From contig JALDZS010000235.1 of assembly GCA_022813965.1 (NCBI GenBank), positions 1 to 32,983 of the forward strand: a stretch of DNA of 32,983 nucleotides. Reading direction: 5' to 3'. Below, piece by piece: positions 8,880 through 21,593 of this stretch. The notes beneath the pieces are model-generated. The model was not told where the DNA came from. It saw only the letters and a program-made list of their open reading frames with translations, and searched no databases. Position numbers and translations under genes: made by a program. Numbering within the stretch: position 1 is the first letter of the stretch; the number at the start of each line of letters is the position of its first letter. This DNA is from Toensbergia leucococca (lineage: Eukaryota).

Positions 8880-10139
8880 ATGGCTGACCTTCTCGATCTT
8901 CCAAACGAGCTCATCATTTATATCCTGCGCTACCTCATTCCCAATAATCCCCAAAGCTTCGCCCTCTGCTCGAGGCGTTTTTTCAATCTGGCCAAACCCT
9001 TTCTCTATGAGTATCGCGCATGCAGTAAATACTCAACCATGGTCAATTGTACCATACCTGGCGAGATCAGACATGCACTCAAACAAATCCTCCTCAGTCC
9101 ACGCATTGGCCTGTACGTTACCGAGTTCGGGTCGTCTACAGAAACAGCGGAACAAAGTGATCTCGTTCCTGGAACAGGCATAAACCAGTTATACTGCGCC
9201 ATTATGAGTTCTAAGTTCTTCATTGCACAGACCGATGTCATTTGGACGATGAGAAAAGCAATAACCGAGAAGGAGGATTTTCTTTTGGCAATATTACTTC
9301 CTTTACTTCCGAATTTGACTGCATTGACCCTGGCTGGAAACTTTCAAGACTCCGAATGGTTGATAGACATCGTAGCCAAGATAGCAAAGACGGCCATACC
9401 TCGCAACTCCTTTTCACTTCTTCCGTGCCTCACAAGCGTCACAGCGTCATATCAATACCATGATGCTCATCCCGATCGCCTAAGGTTGCTTGCAAGTCTC
9501 GCAGCGCTACCTTCTATGCGAGAAATAAATGCCAGTGGTGTTTACGCACTGCAGTATCGCTGTCGATTTCCTCCCCGAAGTTCTCCCGTCTCACACGTCT
9601 CATTTGATAGCAGCAGAATTGGCATGAAGGCTCTCTCAAAGTTTCTTAGCATGATGAAGTCGCTCAGATCCTTTTCATACTCGCCGGTAGACGGCTCACA
9701 GTGGAACCCTTCTCGGATTTGTGCCACTTTAGTACGTCATGCAAAATTCTCTCTCGAGAAACTCTCACTAGGAGGTGTCGGAATCCTACAGATTTACAGG
9801 GCCAGGGGACACATGGCTTCTCTTTGCAATCTAGATAGTCTGATCGAGCTCACAACCGACTTAGAATCATTACTAGGGCGAGGAGATCGAAGTCGAAAGC
9901 TTGCAGATGTACTCCCAATGTCAATCGAAAAGGTTCATTTGGTAATGGGTTACGTAACTGTCTCAGAATTTCGAAAGATCATAAGGGATCTCTTGGAGGT
10001 CAAGTCTAAACAGGTGCCGAATTTGTATTTTCTTGACTTTTCAGAGGTCACCATCGGAGCCGTCTTGAAAGAAGAAGGCATGCGGACGGCGTGTGCTATG
10101 GCTGGTATTTTGCTAGAATATCCAAACCCATGTCGCTGA
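8880..10139 (+). CDS. F-box domain protein with a leucine-rich C-terminal region (~419 aa)
   Basis: Long intronless ORF. LLDLPNELIIYILRYL...SFALCSRRF at the N-terminus is an F-box signature, which favours ATG 8880 over 8769. LxxLxL-type segments follow (LPNLTALTL, LRSFSY, LEKLSL). Confidence 0.8.
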   Translation: MADLLDLPNELIIYILRYLIPNNPQSFALCSRRFFNLAKPFLYEYRACSKYSTMVNCTIPGEIRHALKQILLSPRIGLYVTEFGSSTETAEQSDLVPGTGINQLYCAIMSSKFFIAQTDVIWTMRKAITEKEDFLLAILLPLLPNLTALTLAGNFQDSEWLIDIVAKIAKTAIPRNSFSLLPCLTSVTASYQYHDAHPDRLRLLASLAALPSMREINASGVYALQYRCRFPPRSSPVSHVSFDSSRIGMKALSKFLSMMKSLRSFSYSPVDGSQWNPSRICATLVRHAKFSLEKLSLGGVGILQIYRARGHMASLCNLDSLIELTTDLESLLGRGDRSRKLADVLPMSIEKVHLVMGYVTVSEFRKIIRDLLEVKSKQVPNLYFLDFSEVTIGAVLKEEGMRTACAMAGILLEYPNPCR

Positions 10140-10812
10140 TTCTCGACACGGAAACAAGGTATGGTCACTCCTTTATCAAAGTATACAGAGGTCTGTACCA
10201 GAGACTTATAGAATGTCAGAGAGCCTCTCGGAAAGCGAGCATTGGGCTGAAAGATTCTTTGATAGAAACTTGGTACCAGTCAAATCTTCAACCTTCGGAG
10301 TCCCTCAACTGCTCAACTTACCCCACATCTCCTCTCCCATTCCGCGTTGGGGAGGTAATGTAGCAGTAGGTAGAGGCTGCTGGTATCTCCACATCCTCCC
10401 TTCAAGATAATTTCGACTAGGTTTTAATAAGGGTCCGGGCACAGGCTGCGTTGCGTATGGAACCGTCGTGGTTTCGCACCAAATTCTGGCTCGATTCTCC
10501 ACCTCTGTTCCGTGCCATTTAACTCCTCTGCTGCCTGCCATTCAGGAACAGGATTACTCAAGGGAAACATCACAACTTCACTACAGCTGAAAATTGTTCA
10601 TCTTCTTCTGAATTGTGACATCCTCCTATACTCCCACACAGGGCATAAACAATTATTTTCAAACTTACAGAGTACCTTAAATCGTTGCACATTTTCTACA
10701 CACGCTGATATTTCAAGACCATGAGGTGGTCTGACCAGTAAATGGCTTCTAAATTGCGGGTTCAACCGGTCTCTAAGATGACTCTACATCCCAACCTTCA
10801 ATGCATTCGGCC

Positions 10813-11659
10813 TCATTTCGTGGACATGACATCCCCAAAAATAGCCTCATAAATCGCCTGTCCCACGGCACTGGCACTCGCGGGATTCGTCCCCGTAATC
10901 AACCGCCCGCCTCTCGCGACAACAACCTTTTCCGCCCACGGCTCACTCGGCTTTTCAAAGTGGCCCTCGCTCTTGGTATTCAACTCATCTTCCAGCGAAA
11001 AGGGCATTTCGGCCGACAGGCCCACGGCGTCTTCTTCGGCATTGCTGAAACCGGTGACGTTGGAGTTGGCGATCAGGTAGGTACCGTCGGCGGCTTTGGC
11101 GTTGATGAGGGCCGCCGGGCCGTGGCAGACGGCGGAGACGATGCGGTTGGCGGAGTCGAATTCTTGGATTAGACGTAGGGAGGTGGGGTCGGTGGCTAGG
11201 TCGAACATTGCTGGTGGTTTATTATTAGCTTGGTCTTAGATGGAGAAGGTTTCTCGTTCGCCTTTGGGAGGAAGAGCAATGGTGGCTTACGTCCATGGCC
11301 TCCGACATAGAAGATTGCATCGAATTCTTTGGCTCGGCCAATGAAATCGGAGAGTTTCTCTGTTTTCTGCCACAGGGCTTGCTTGCTATCAAGAAAGTCG
11401 GTGGATGCTTTGTCGGACTTGAACATTTCAACCGAGGATGGGTCGAGGGGAGCTTCGCCACCTGCCGGAGAGGCCACAGTGATGTGGGTGTGAGGTGCTA
11501 GGACATTGTAGGGGTGGGCAAATTCGGGCTGTAATTTGTGAGTGGGTGTGAGGGTGTGATTCGGGAAGGAGATCTTACGAGATACCAGCCCGTGGGCTTG
11601 CCGGTGTTGCCTAGCTTATTGTGGGAAGTAAGAACAAAGAGGACCTTTGGTTGAGACAT
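10813..11659 (-). CDS. hsp31: DJ-1/PfpI family, Hsp31-like glutathione-independent glyoxalase (238 aa)
   Basis: Exons 11659-11579, 11528-11291 and 11210-10813, with GTAAG..CAG introns. Translation: MSQPKVLFVLTSH...TGWYLPEFAHPY...ASPAGGEAPLDPSS...FYVGGHGPMFDL...AVCHGP...TGFSNAEE...ITGTNPASA. Confidence 0.93.
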
Positions 11660-13039
11660 TGGATAGGGTGGTGGTGAGGCAGGAGGAGTAGATGGATAGA
11701 TGGAGTATCAAGCTTGACGGAATCATGATTGATTGAGTCGAGTATGAACATAGTGGATGTAACCATAGAGGAAGTTCAGGGTGTTTCGGAGCAGCTTCCG
11801 ACAAGTGCGGGGTAGAGTAGAATATTCACAAGAATCAACCCGGGAAAATCCAACCAAATTGAATGACAGGGCGTATTCTAGGCTATCGATGGATCAGAAA
11901 GCGAATGAGGGGTGATCTTCTTGTCTGCAACAGTGCAACAGTGATGGCTGAAGACTGTAATGAGGCAGCGGGTGGGCATAGTGTCAGCTTACTGTAAATA
12001 CCTCTGAACCTAAAATCATTTGTTCATTCCTCCTCTCCTTCACGAGTGGATCCTTCGGCATTAGTCTGACTGGACCCTGTGGCGCATAGAATAACCTGAG
12101 AGGTTCGATGGCTGTTGCGGATGATTATCACTACCACCAAACCACCAGACCATCAAAGCCTTTGTCTGTCATGTCTTGCGGTACCTGTGCTCCGTGCTCC
12201 GTGATGTCGATGATGGTCCGAAGCCATGGGGAAAGCAACGGTTGAATCCCTGTCGGTTCATGCAGAACATGTTGGTGTGGCTGAGTTGAATTCATCCGGC
12301 TCCTGCAATTCATGTACGTAGGTACTTAATATATGAATCCAGTTGACTTCTGACCACATATCCCCTGATCCTGATCCAGATGCACAGGCTGGATGATATA
12401 CGATATCATATCCCCCACCCATCACCAGATGCTCAGATCACTTGACTGGAGACTGAAGACTGGGCACCAGCAATCCGTGCTCTCAACCTCTCAATCTCTC
12501 AACGGGGAGGCGCATGCCTTTAGCCAAGCCTTTAGCGAGATGCAGCTGCCAGCATTAAAGTTTGTCGACCAGGGGTCTAGAACACTGGTGCCGATCAAAC
12601 TTCGAACTGCAACAAGCCACTCTCCCACTTTCCCAATTCCTATGGGGCGGCCGGCATAGACGACCGAGACGACCAGCTATCCTCTCCGCTCCACATACGG
12701 GTACCACCAACTGTCCTTTCTCTTGTCAATCTCTCCTACTCTGAGGAGTGCCTTGCATCCCTCGTCCACTTGAGCCGTTGTGACATTGCCTGCCTAGGTT
12801 AAGACCCACTCGAGCCACTGTTTCCGGCTGCCGCCCACTGACGCTGAAACAACCACACCTCCAGTCTGTCCTCGACTTTTTCCGCTCATATCAAAGCATT
12901 GCAAAACATCTTCATAGCTCAGTCCAAAGCACCATGCAACAAAGTCGATAACCTCAGAGGCAACGGCCTCTTCAAAACCGCCGAAGCCCGAGCGAGACGT
13001 GGTCACAACATCTTGGCAGAGCCTGTAAACAAGACACGC

Positions 13040-14709
13040 ATGCATGCAAAGGAAACATCAACTGCAATGGCTTATGGAAATCCGAGTACTGTAAATACTA
13101 CAATGCCTTCGGGCCAGGAGATATGTTGTGGCCATGAGGGTGAGTTGGCTGGTTGTATCAGTAAGAACGGGTATCTGTTGTCGTCGAATTCAGCCGAAGT
13201 CATGGAAGAAAGACAGTCCACTTCAAGAACATCAAGCGGCAAAACGCGCCAGGAATTGAAACTTCCCTCTTTCAAGACCCTCGGGATCGCTGCACCACGC
13301 CCAGACATACTTCTCACTCCACCACAGGAAAATAGTGACTGGGCTCCTTCACAGCTTCACGCTGCTGAATATCCACCAAGCGCTTTCTTCGACGACGAGA
13401 ATTCCCTTGTGTCCTTGGACGACAATCGTGTAATAGATTTCTTCAGCGGTGGGGTAACTGATACTGACCACGCTGCTACATTACCCACCTCGTCCACGAC
13501 GCAAATCACCATGGACCAAGTTGAAGCTTCAAGCACCATGGCTTCCGCTCCAGCCAATACCTATAATGACAATCAAGATGTGTCTGCATGGATGGACAAG
13601 GCCATTGAGGCAGCTCGTAAGCTTTGCCCTTTAACCCATGACTCTCAATGTACTGTTGCTGACCTGTCACAGTATCCGAGCTCTCCACAGGATCTTCTGG
13701 ACGAGTGGTAAACATGCTGTCTCACTCCCAGCCATGCCCTTCTACTGTAGACACCGAATTACTTACAACGCTTCTACCTGCCATTATCAATGCACTACAA
13801 GTCAAATATCCATCCGATCTCAACAATTACATTGAAGTAACCCATGCAGTTCCCCCACGCTTCAGTATCGCCAACCTTCCAAATTCTCCACCGTGTACCC
13901 CTAATCCGCCCACGCCTGGTATCAGTGGAGGCGGTGACTATTTCACCATGACCGTTTTCGCCAAGGCCGTCATCGCGGTAGATCATCACGATACTACCAA
14001 AACCGTGATGTCTGCTTTCACTCCCAATTCTCCGCATCCGGTCGTCGCGCCTTGCAGCGTCGGAATCTCTCTTCTAGAACGTTTCATCCCTCCTAGTTCC
14101 GCTCAAGAGTACCTTGACCTTTTCTCTTCTGAAGGTCCATCCGTGCTCATCGACCGCCTCATCGAGCTCAGTCCAAACCAGGGAAGCCTAGTCTTCGTCT
14201 ATCCAACTGCCCTCGGCGCTTCCACCTTCGCTCTAAAGTATCTAGGTCCACTTCTCGATCCTCTTTTACGTACGATGGTCGGCATCCACGGTCTCTCCGC
14301 AGACGTTGGCTCTGCAGTCGGGAAGCTCGCCGCTGTAGAACATATGCTCCCATTTGAGGCCATGGTCCGTAAAATCTCACTCCTTCTCCGGAAGGTGAGC
14401 CGTGGTACCGGTAATTCCAACCCTGGCTATGTCACGCCTAAGTATACTCTCACCCACTTGAGTAAGGAGGTCGTCCTACTTGACCGTAAGGCGTGGATGG
14501 AGTGGTGGCTGCACCAGGAAACGCCCCGTATTCGGGCGGTGATGGATCGATATTATCGACGTGCGGTCCGCTTACCGTCTGATCCTCTGATTTCGGCAGG
14601 AGTTTTGGTTAGGCAAATCATTGATGGGGTAGCCGCGAGGGGTTATGAGGGGAGAGAACCGGATGACGGAATTGAGGTGGGAGTCTTTGTTGTGAAGAGA
14701 AGTGCTTGA
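13040..14709 (+). CDS. Conserved hypothetical ascomycete protein (~537 aa; start uncertain)
   Basis: Two long ORFs joined in frame by intron 13617-13672 (GTAAGC..GCTGAC..CAG). The Ser/Pro-rich N-terminus contains LPSFKTLGI and LLTPP. The ordered C-terminal domain (SHSQPCP, YIEVTHAVP, ERFIPP, DRLIELSP, YLGPLLDPLLR) resembles an uncharacterised filamentous-fungal family as I recall it. Confidence 0.8.
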
Positions 14710-15237
14710 GCAAGGGGTGAATTCCATGTGCTCACAACGGCTCTACATGCTCTAACGGCTCTGCGTTAGCAGTCGTTTTCACTCTGGTAGCTATCACCTT
14801 TCCCCACCACTTTTTTCTTTTGAACAGATCTTTTCTGTGGCGATGGGGTTGGTTGGACCTTGGCGTAGCTGGATTGGAAGGGGATATGTTACATGGATAG
14901 GTTACGAAGCACAAGAGTCCCCCGATGTCCCCAAGTTTTTAATCATTTCCTCTCTTTTCACGTTTTGCAGCCCCGGAGGGTGGAGGTAGGGGGCCATTGT
15001 ATCAGTTTTTAATGCAAAGCAATAGACCCCATCATCTTGAGTCCGGAATAAAAAGTAAATTTGAGACTTTGGGTGACCTTGTTGATTTTTTCTTTTTTTT
15101 CTTGGCTTCTTTTCTTTTAATGCTGTCTTTTGCGTTGAGTGACGGCTGTAGTGTGGAGATGATTTATATATTCTTTTTTGAGTGATGGATTTTGAGAGTC
15201 AGGGGGGTGTTGAATATGGGAGGTGTGGAGTGGAGTT

Positions 15238-15267
15238 GATGACGATGATGATGATGATGATGATGAT
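15238..15267. repeat. (GAT)n microsatellite
   Basis: GAT GAC followed by (GAT)8 at 15244-15267. Confidence 0.9.
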
Positions 15268-18200
15268 GCATGCTTTGTTGGTTTTGTGAGATTTGATGGA
15301 AATGCTTAATTTTTTTGGGTGGAGGGGTGGCGGGGGATTTCTGTTTTCATGTGTGATTTTTTGGTTTTACTTTTTTAGTTGTTTGGGGAGTTTGTTGGAT
15401 GGGGGGTTTTTTTTTTTGGCTTTGGCTTTGGCTTTGTCGGCTTTGTCGGCTTTGGGGGGCGGGGGAAGGAGGGAGGGAGGAGGGGATGAAAGGGAGGGAG
15501 GGTGAGGATGAGGGAGCTCAATTCTTGTTATTTTGGTTAATTTCATAATTTGTTGTTGTTTTTTTTGTGTTTCACCTGAAGGAAAATCAGGGGATGAGCT
15601 CGTCGTTTATGTTTTCCCTATGGCGCTGATTTATCTCTGCTCAGGTTTACCGGTTTTTTTTTGCTCTCACATACTCAGCACGCTCCTTTTGAAAGAGATA
15701 TTCTGTTTTGAGAATATGGAGGAAATAGGTGGATGTCTGGCGCTTGCCATGGAACACTTTTGTAAGGTCGGAGTTTTGATTCTATGACTATGTCTTCCAA
15801 TGCTCTGGTGAAGGTCGTAGAAGATGTCCTTGATGAGTACTAGTTGAGAAATCGGGCTTCTTTTTGACGGAGGAGTGATTTGACTCATGCTTTTACGAAC
15901 GGTTGTTTCTTGCGCGGCGTTGTATGAGGAGATTTGAAGAGATGGTGGGGTAGTTTTGAGTCAAATTCTAGTCGGATATCCTTTTCTTTGTTTTGCACTG
16001 CTGGTGTTCTGGTTGTTGTGAACTCGTTGATCATGCTGTTTGCAACGTGTGAATGGCTGCTAAGGCTTCACTCAACCGGAAAAAGGTCTCGACGAATTCT
16101 TTACGTTTTCTTTGAGAAAATGTGTAGATTCTTGGGTAATGGTCACGATAAAAGCAGCGCACTGTGCATCATCAACATGATAATAGTAAGATGCCTTGAA
16201 GAAGTATTAGAGATGTGCTTCAATGAACTCTCGTTACCATTCCTTAGTATGGAGGCGGCAGATTTAGGCGTCGTTGTCGTTTCAGAATCCTGTGCTTTGC
16301 AGATTCTGCGCTGACTTTCATTTCTTGCTTTTTCGAAGGTACCAAATTTGCATGAGAGGCCTTTACCCAGATGCTCGCCCTGAAATATTTTGATATCGAG
16401 TCTGACTAGAATGATTTCGTAAAACTGCACATGGCTAGTCTGAGACAGAGCACCGAGCCTAAAAATAGCAAATCATGCCTACTCAAATTACACTTGGAAA
16501 TTATAATTAAAGTAGTAGAAAGTGGTCAATGAAGCCGATATTCATTCTATTGGCTGCAGATATTTCCAGTATGTTCAAGGTGCGGAATTCAGGTCTCCAT
16601 GACGGTTTCCATAGGACTTCATCACAGACATGATAGGCAGGTAGCCGTGGCAAGGGATTGCAAACCAATGCTTTGCTCGAAGCATTGGTATGACGAATAA
16701 CCTAGCTACCGTTCAGTATTTGGACCAAAGGTTGTAAAAGTAGCGTAACGATTTCTCGATCTGAGTGCTTGAAGGCTGACGGTTGGTTTGCGCAAATGAG
16801 AGGATGTCGATTAAATCGATTAAATGCCGCGGCAAAGGATGAGACACACTCCCCGCTTAGCGCGGCAATGTGAGAAAGCTTGGTATGTAACGTACAACGT
16901 CCCTCTGGACGTCAATGCCATCCCAATCTCCATCTCAATCCTCTTTCCGCATCTCTCTATGATCGACCCATAAGACAATTCAAGTCTCGGCAGAAATGTC
17001 TGATTAAAAGTCAGACTCCACGGGCATGAATGCTCACTTGCTAGGCCTGGAAATCTCCTAATCTATACTGTATACCTTACGGGCAATCTTCAGAATCTTG
17101 GCCGGATCGTCCCATGGCTTGCTTTGTTCTCGCAGACTGCGGGCGATAGTTGTAGCAATCTTCGAATCGCTCCCTCTGCCTCTGGAAATCTTGACTATGC
17201 CTATCCAAGGAGGTAAACGTCTCAACGTGTGTAATGCTGCTTGGTCAGATTGTGCCTTCAAAGGATATCTGTTTGTGAGTGAACCAAATCGAGGCCATTG
17301 CTGTAAAGATTGCATTATCGAGGTATAATTCAAAGAGAGGACTTGATTGCCTAGGGCTAGGAGGAAGTACGAGAGTTAATAGCCAATACTCGATCAGAGC
17401 CTCGAGACCCACATATGGTAAAGACTGGTAGTTTCCTGACTGCTAGAGAACGTGTGAGGAGAAGAGACTCCTGCTGCGCTGGAGTAAGCTGCTGGTCGCA
17501 GAATGAATGATATTGTAAAAGCTATTCGTGGCGATGCAAGGCATGCTCTTTTCTCTGTGGGAGTTTTGGAAGATGTTGGTGATAGCAGAAGAAACTTAGT
17601 CAAGTGTTCGTGGTGTTATGTTCCAAGCTAATGCGGTGGCAGAATTCACGAAGCAAACGTGCCAGACGCGATGCTCCCCAATAGGTGCTAGACCCAATCT
17701 TCCATCGCGAAGACTCGGATGCCTAAGCGAAATGCTTCAAGATGAGAGGAAGAGGAAGCTTCTAATGGATCATAAAACTATGCAAAAACCGAAAAAAAAA
17801 GGCAAAAAACCGGAGAGATCCTAATCCTCATTTTCCCACCACCTGTGGTCTAGTATAGTCAATGGAAGAATTCGCTCAATGTATGGCTCGAACCCGCTAG
17901 ATAGTCACATCCGTGGTCTCTGCAGGGTGTAAGCCCACTACCACAAAGTTAAATCCATTTGGGCATCTTCATCTCTCCGGGAGGGTTACAAGAGCACCTC
18001 GAATTGCAATATATATGTTATAAAATCCTCCACCGGAACAACGTTACCGCGACTCACCACAACGCCCCTTTACTTACTTACGATTCTTCATAGTTTTCCT
18101 TTCCGCTCTTATATGGGAGAACTCGAGACATTTTCGCCCTTTAGAAAGTCTATACACGATTACGTCCGACATCTTCATGACGAAGGTTTCTAAAGTTCCC

Positions 18201-21200
18201 TGAATACCCCTGAGATTTCCTCTACATGCTACGATACTCGTGTTTGACTTCATATTTGGTACTAGATGGAGCTGTGCTTGATTCCCAGACTGCTTGTATT
18301 GGCTTTGCTATTCAGTCGAAAGCAGCATGTTACTACTTCTCCTGCTTTTGATACAACACAGAATTTGTTGACTCCACAAGCACTGTTCTTAGATATTCTA
18401 GACATGTATTATCTCACCCTTTCTGCACCCACGCTACAGTCTCGCCGCGCCCTCTGCTCCATCAGTCTCTTTGAAGCAAATGAATCGCTCTGGCAGAGAC
18501 TACAGATTTGCGCCAACGTAAGATCTTTCTTCCTCCCATGATCATATCAGTATATGCTCGTTGTAGCGTACATCACTCGAAACTGCCGGCAGGTTGAAAG
18601 GCTGTCAATTCCACGTTGACTTTTGGCACTTCGAATGGCATACACTTGATACAATCCAGACTCAAGATCGTGTCAGTCATTATCAAGACTTGAAGGTACA
18701 CCAAATAACTGTCTCACAAAAGCAGCATTCCGTACAGCACTCACTTGCTTTGTGAGATAAACCTATTCGATTGCTGAAGTCTGCGCAGTTTCATCTCCAT
18801 GTCTTGACAACACTGCGATTTTCATCATGACAACATGAGTACAGTGCCTATGTCCACGCCCCAGCATACCTCTCCAAGCTCTTTGAAACCCTCTCAACCC
18901 TTCCAGATTGACCTTCGACTTTCCCACGGCAGCACTACCTCAAGAGTCATCGTCCCAGCGATTCCTAGCTACATCGCTCAGAAAGGCCTCCCATTTACGC
19001 TGCCTGCCTTAGCATAATTGTGCCATCATCAAAACTTGAATGATAACTCAGTATTAGTATTAGTATCTACTCATCAACCCCAACTTTCCCCACCACTACA
19101 ATTTCTACCTTGTGCAGTCCGCAATCAATGACCCGACTTTCCGTGAGTCAGAGAAACAGTAAGGGAGTACTGAACCTGAGATGAATCATCTCTCAGCCCT
19201 TTTACAACGACTTACAAGACAAGGCTGTCCTAGAATGCACTCATGACATCTTCATTCCGAGCCACGCATCCACAATCTTCGCCTTTCAAACGCTTCATGT
19301 ATGTAGCATAGGAACAATCAAAACTCCTGAATCATCAACCCGAGCTCAAGCCAATCCATCCAACCACCAAAATATCCGAAAAACCTCAACACTCGCAGCT
19401 TACCCACCCCATCAAGCGGCCCTCTCCTTTTCCAACCGCTGACAGACGCAAGACCCGTATCGTGGCTCAAAGCCAAAACCCAGCCCCTACCCCTACACCC
19501 TCCCTGGCAAGAAACACCATCAGAACCACCCCTTTCTTCCCCACAGCTTCCATCTTCGCGAAGAATCATACCCCCCGTTCGCAACCCAGCAACGTGTTGA
19601 CGGCGGAGGTAATCACTGAATCGAATCGACTGATTGATAGATTGGTTGGTACGTAGAACTCCACCTCTCCTCAGTCACATAAATGACATTTACAACACTC
19701 CGAACCAACAAAAACAACCCCACCTCCCTCCCAGCTCCAATCCAAAGAAAACCTCAACATCCATATCCTCAAACCCACTCCCCACCAAGCATCTCCAAAA
19801 AAAAATCTTCCAGGATTTGATCATTCTGGCGCGTGTGCCACTCGAAGCTCCGTTCCGCCCGTCCCGTATATAAGTGTCGCCGTTTAGGGGTTTCAGAGGT
19901 TTGTGTTTCGGGGTTATTAGGTTAGAATGTGTCAGCTCTTCAGTGTTCAATTCAGCCATCATAGATTAATGCTCTTATTGTTATAGTTTTTCTCATACAA
20001 ACACATCTCCTTCAACACAAATCAAATCGTCACAACCACTCAGACCAGCCCAGCCCAGCCCGGCCCCAGCTCAAACCCACAGTACAGGCCACCAAAAAAA
20101 AAGAAGAAAACAAAAACTCCAAACGCATCTCCTAGAAAACGAAAATAAGGCCACAATCTTCCCCGCCGCGGCGATGCTGGTCGTGCCCCCGTTGGAACCT
20201 AGTAATCCTTTTGAAGGGGCATGCTATTTCGTACCTAGGCAAGGGGGGCTGGAAGTGAATTGGGTCAGATACCCCCTTTGTAAATCAAGGTCCATTCCAT
20301 TCTCCGAGTTGAGCACGTAATATACACACAACTGTTTGGTAAAAGTAGCTATATTTATACATCGCGGGATAAATAAAAAAAAAAACCGTTCCCCCCCTCC
20401 CCCCCGAAAACACTTGGAAATACAACTACCACATTCCCCCCCCTCTTCTCGCGACTATAAAACTTCGGGGAAAAAGCAGTAGTATCATCAACACTTTTCC
20501 AAAATCCAACCCCGATTATATATAGAACCCAAACGTGCCTAGTCAAATACCCAGCCATCGAGTTGAGCAGCGCATTAGAACCCGCGGAATCGCAACCGAG
20601 TTTTTTGCGGTCTCTTTTTTTTTTTTGCCTAACGAGATTTTTTGTGCTGGGTGCGAGTGGTAGGTTGAGCGCTGAGTCTGGGGGGGAAAGGTGGGTGTTT
20701 GTGTTTGTTTTTTTCTCGTGGTGGATGGGGAGTGCGTATGGCAGGGTTCTTTTGGTTGTGCATGTCGGTGGTTTTTTTTTTTTTTTTTTTTTTTGGTTTG
20801 GGATTAGATGGAGGGTGTGTGGGGCTGGGATTTAGAGAGGAGAGAATAGGGAAGGGGGTTAGATTTGTGTCTTTGGCTTTGGGTGTGAGGTTTTCTTGAG
20901 TAGCCAGGCTGGTTTGTAATTCATGTGATGAATTGGGGTATAGGTTACTGGTTCCAAGAACCACTTTTTTCTTCTTTTTTTGGGAGCAGGGGTTTTGGGG
21001 AATCAGTGTCGAAAGCGCAGTGGGGATGGGAGTTGGTGTAGGGAGGTCAACGAAGATGAGATGTGTTGATGGGCTTTTCATGCGAGTCGTGATTGGTACG
21101 TTGATGTTACGGCTAAGTGAGGGCTCATGCTGTGAGCAGGGGTAACTCGTTGGGCTGTGGTTGTGTACCTATGGAAGGGTCGGTGCTTGCGTGGATTGGA

Positions 21201-21593
21201 CATTGGATCTCACGATGGTGATCGGGCTGTTGGACACACTGCTTTATCTCTCTTGGTGGGCAGAAAGAGAATAATAAGAGAAAAAAAAAGAAAGGAAAAC
21301 CCGAGGTTACTCAGCAGTAGCCCTGCAGCGAGCGTGCGTCCTTGGAATTTCGGCGCTCAAATTGTTGTTAGGTAGGTAAGGAGGTGATGACAATCCAAAT
21401 CAGGTACTCGTAAGCAGATATGTAAGAAGTGGCCAACGGTCCAATTATTTCATCGTCACATAGAATTTGACCCAGCTCAATTGTACACGAGTACAACATG
21501 TGAAATACTAATTAAAATTGTCCGCTTCGATTTTTCACATATGGGGTATATCCAAACGCCTATCGCCACACAATTCAATAAAAGAAACACACC

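Noticed and set aside
16664..16689. Perfect 10-bp hairpin ACCAATGCTT..AAGCATTGGT
   Set aside because: A stem this short is plausible by chance in 33 kb, and there is no supporting context.
20563..21145. Phe/Gly-rich and Lys/Pro-rich ORFs
   Set aside because: By-products of poly-T and G/T low-complexity sequence.
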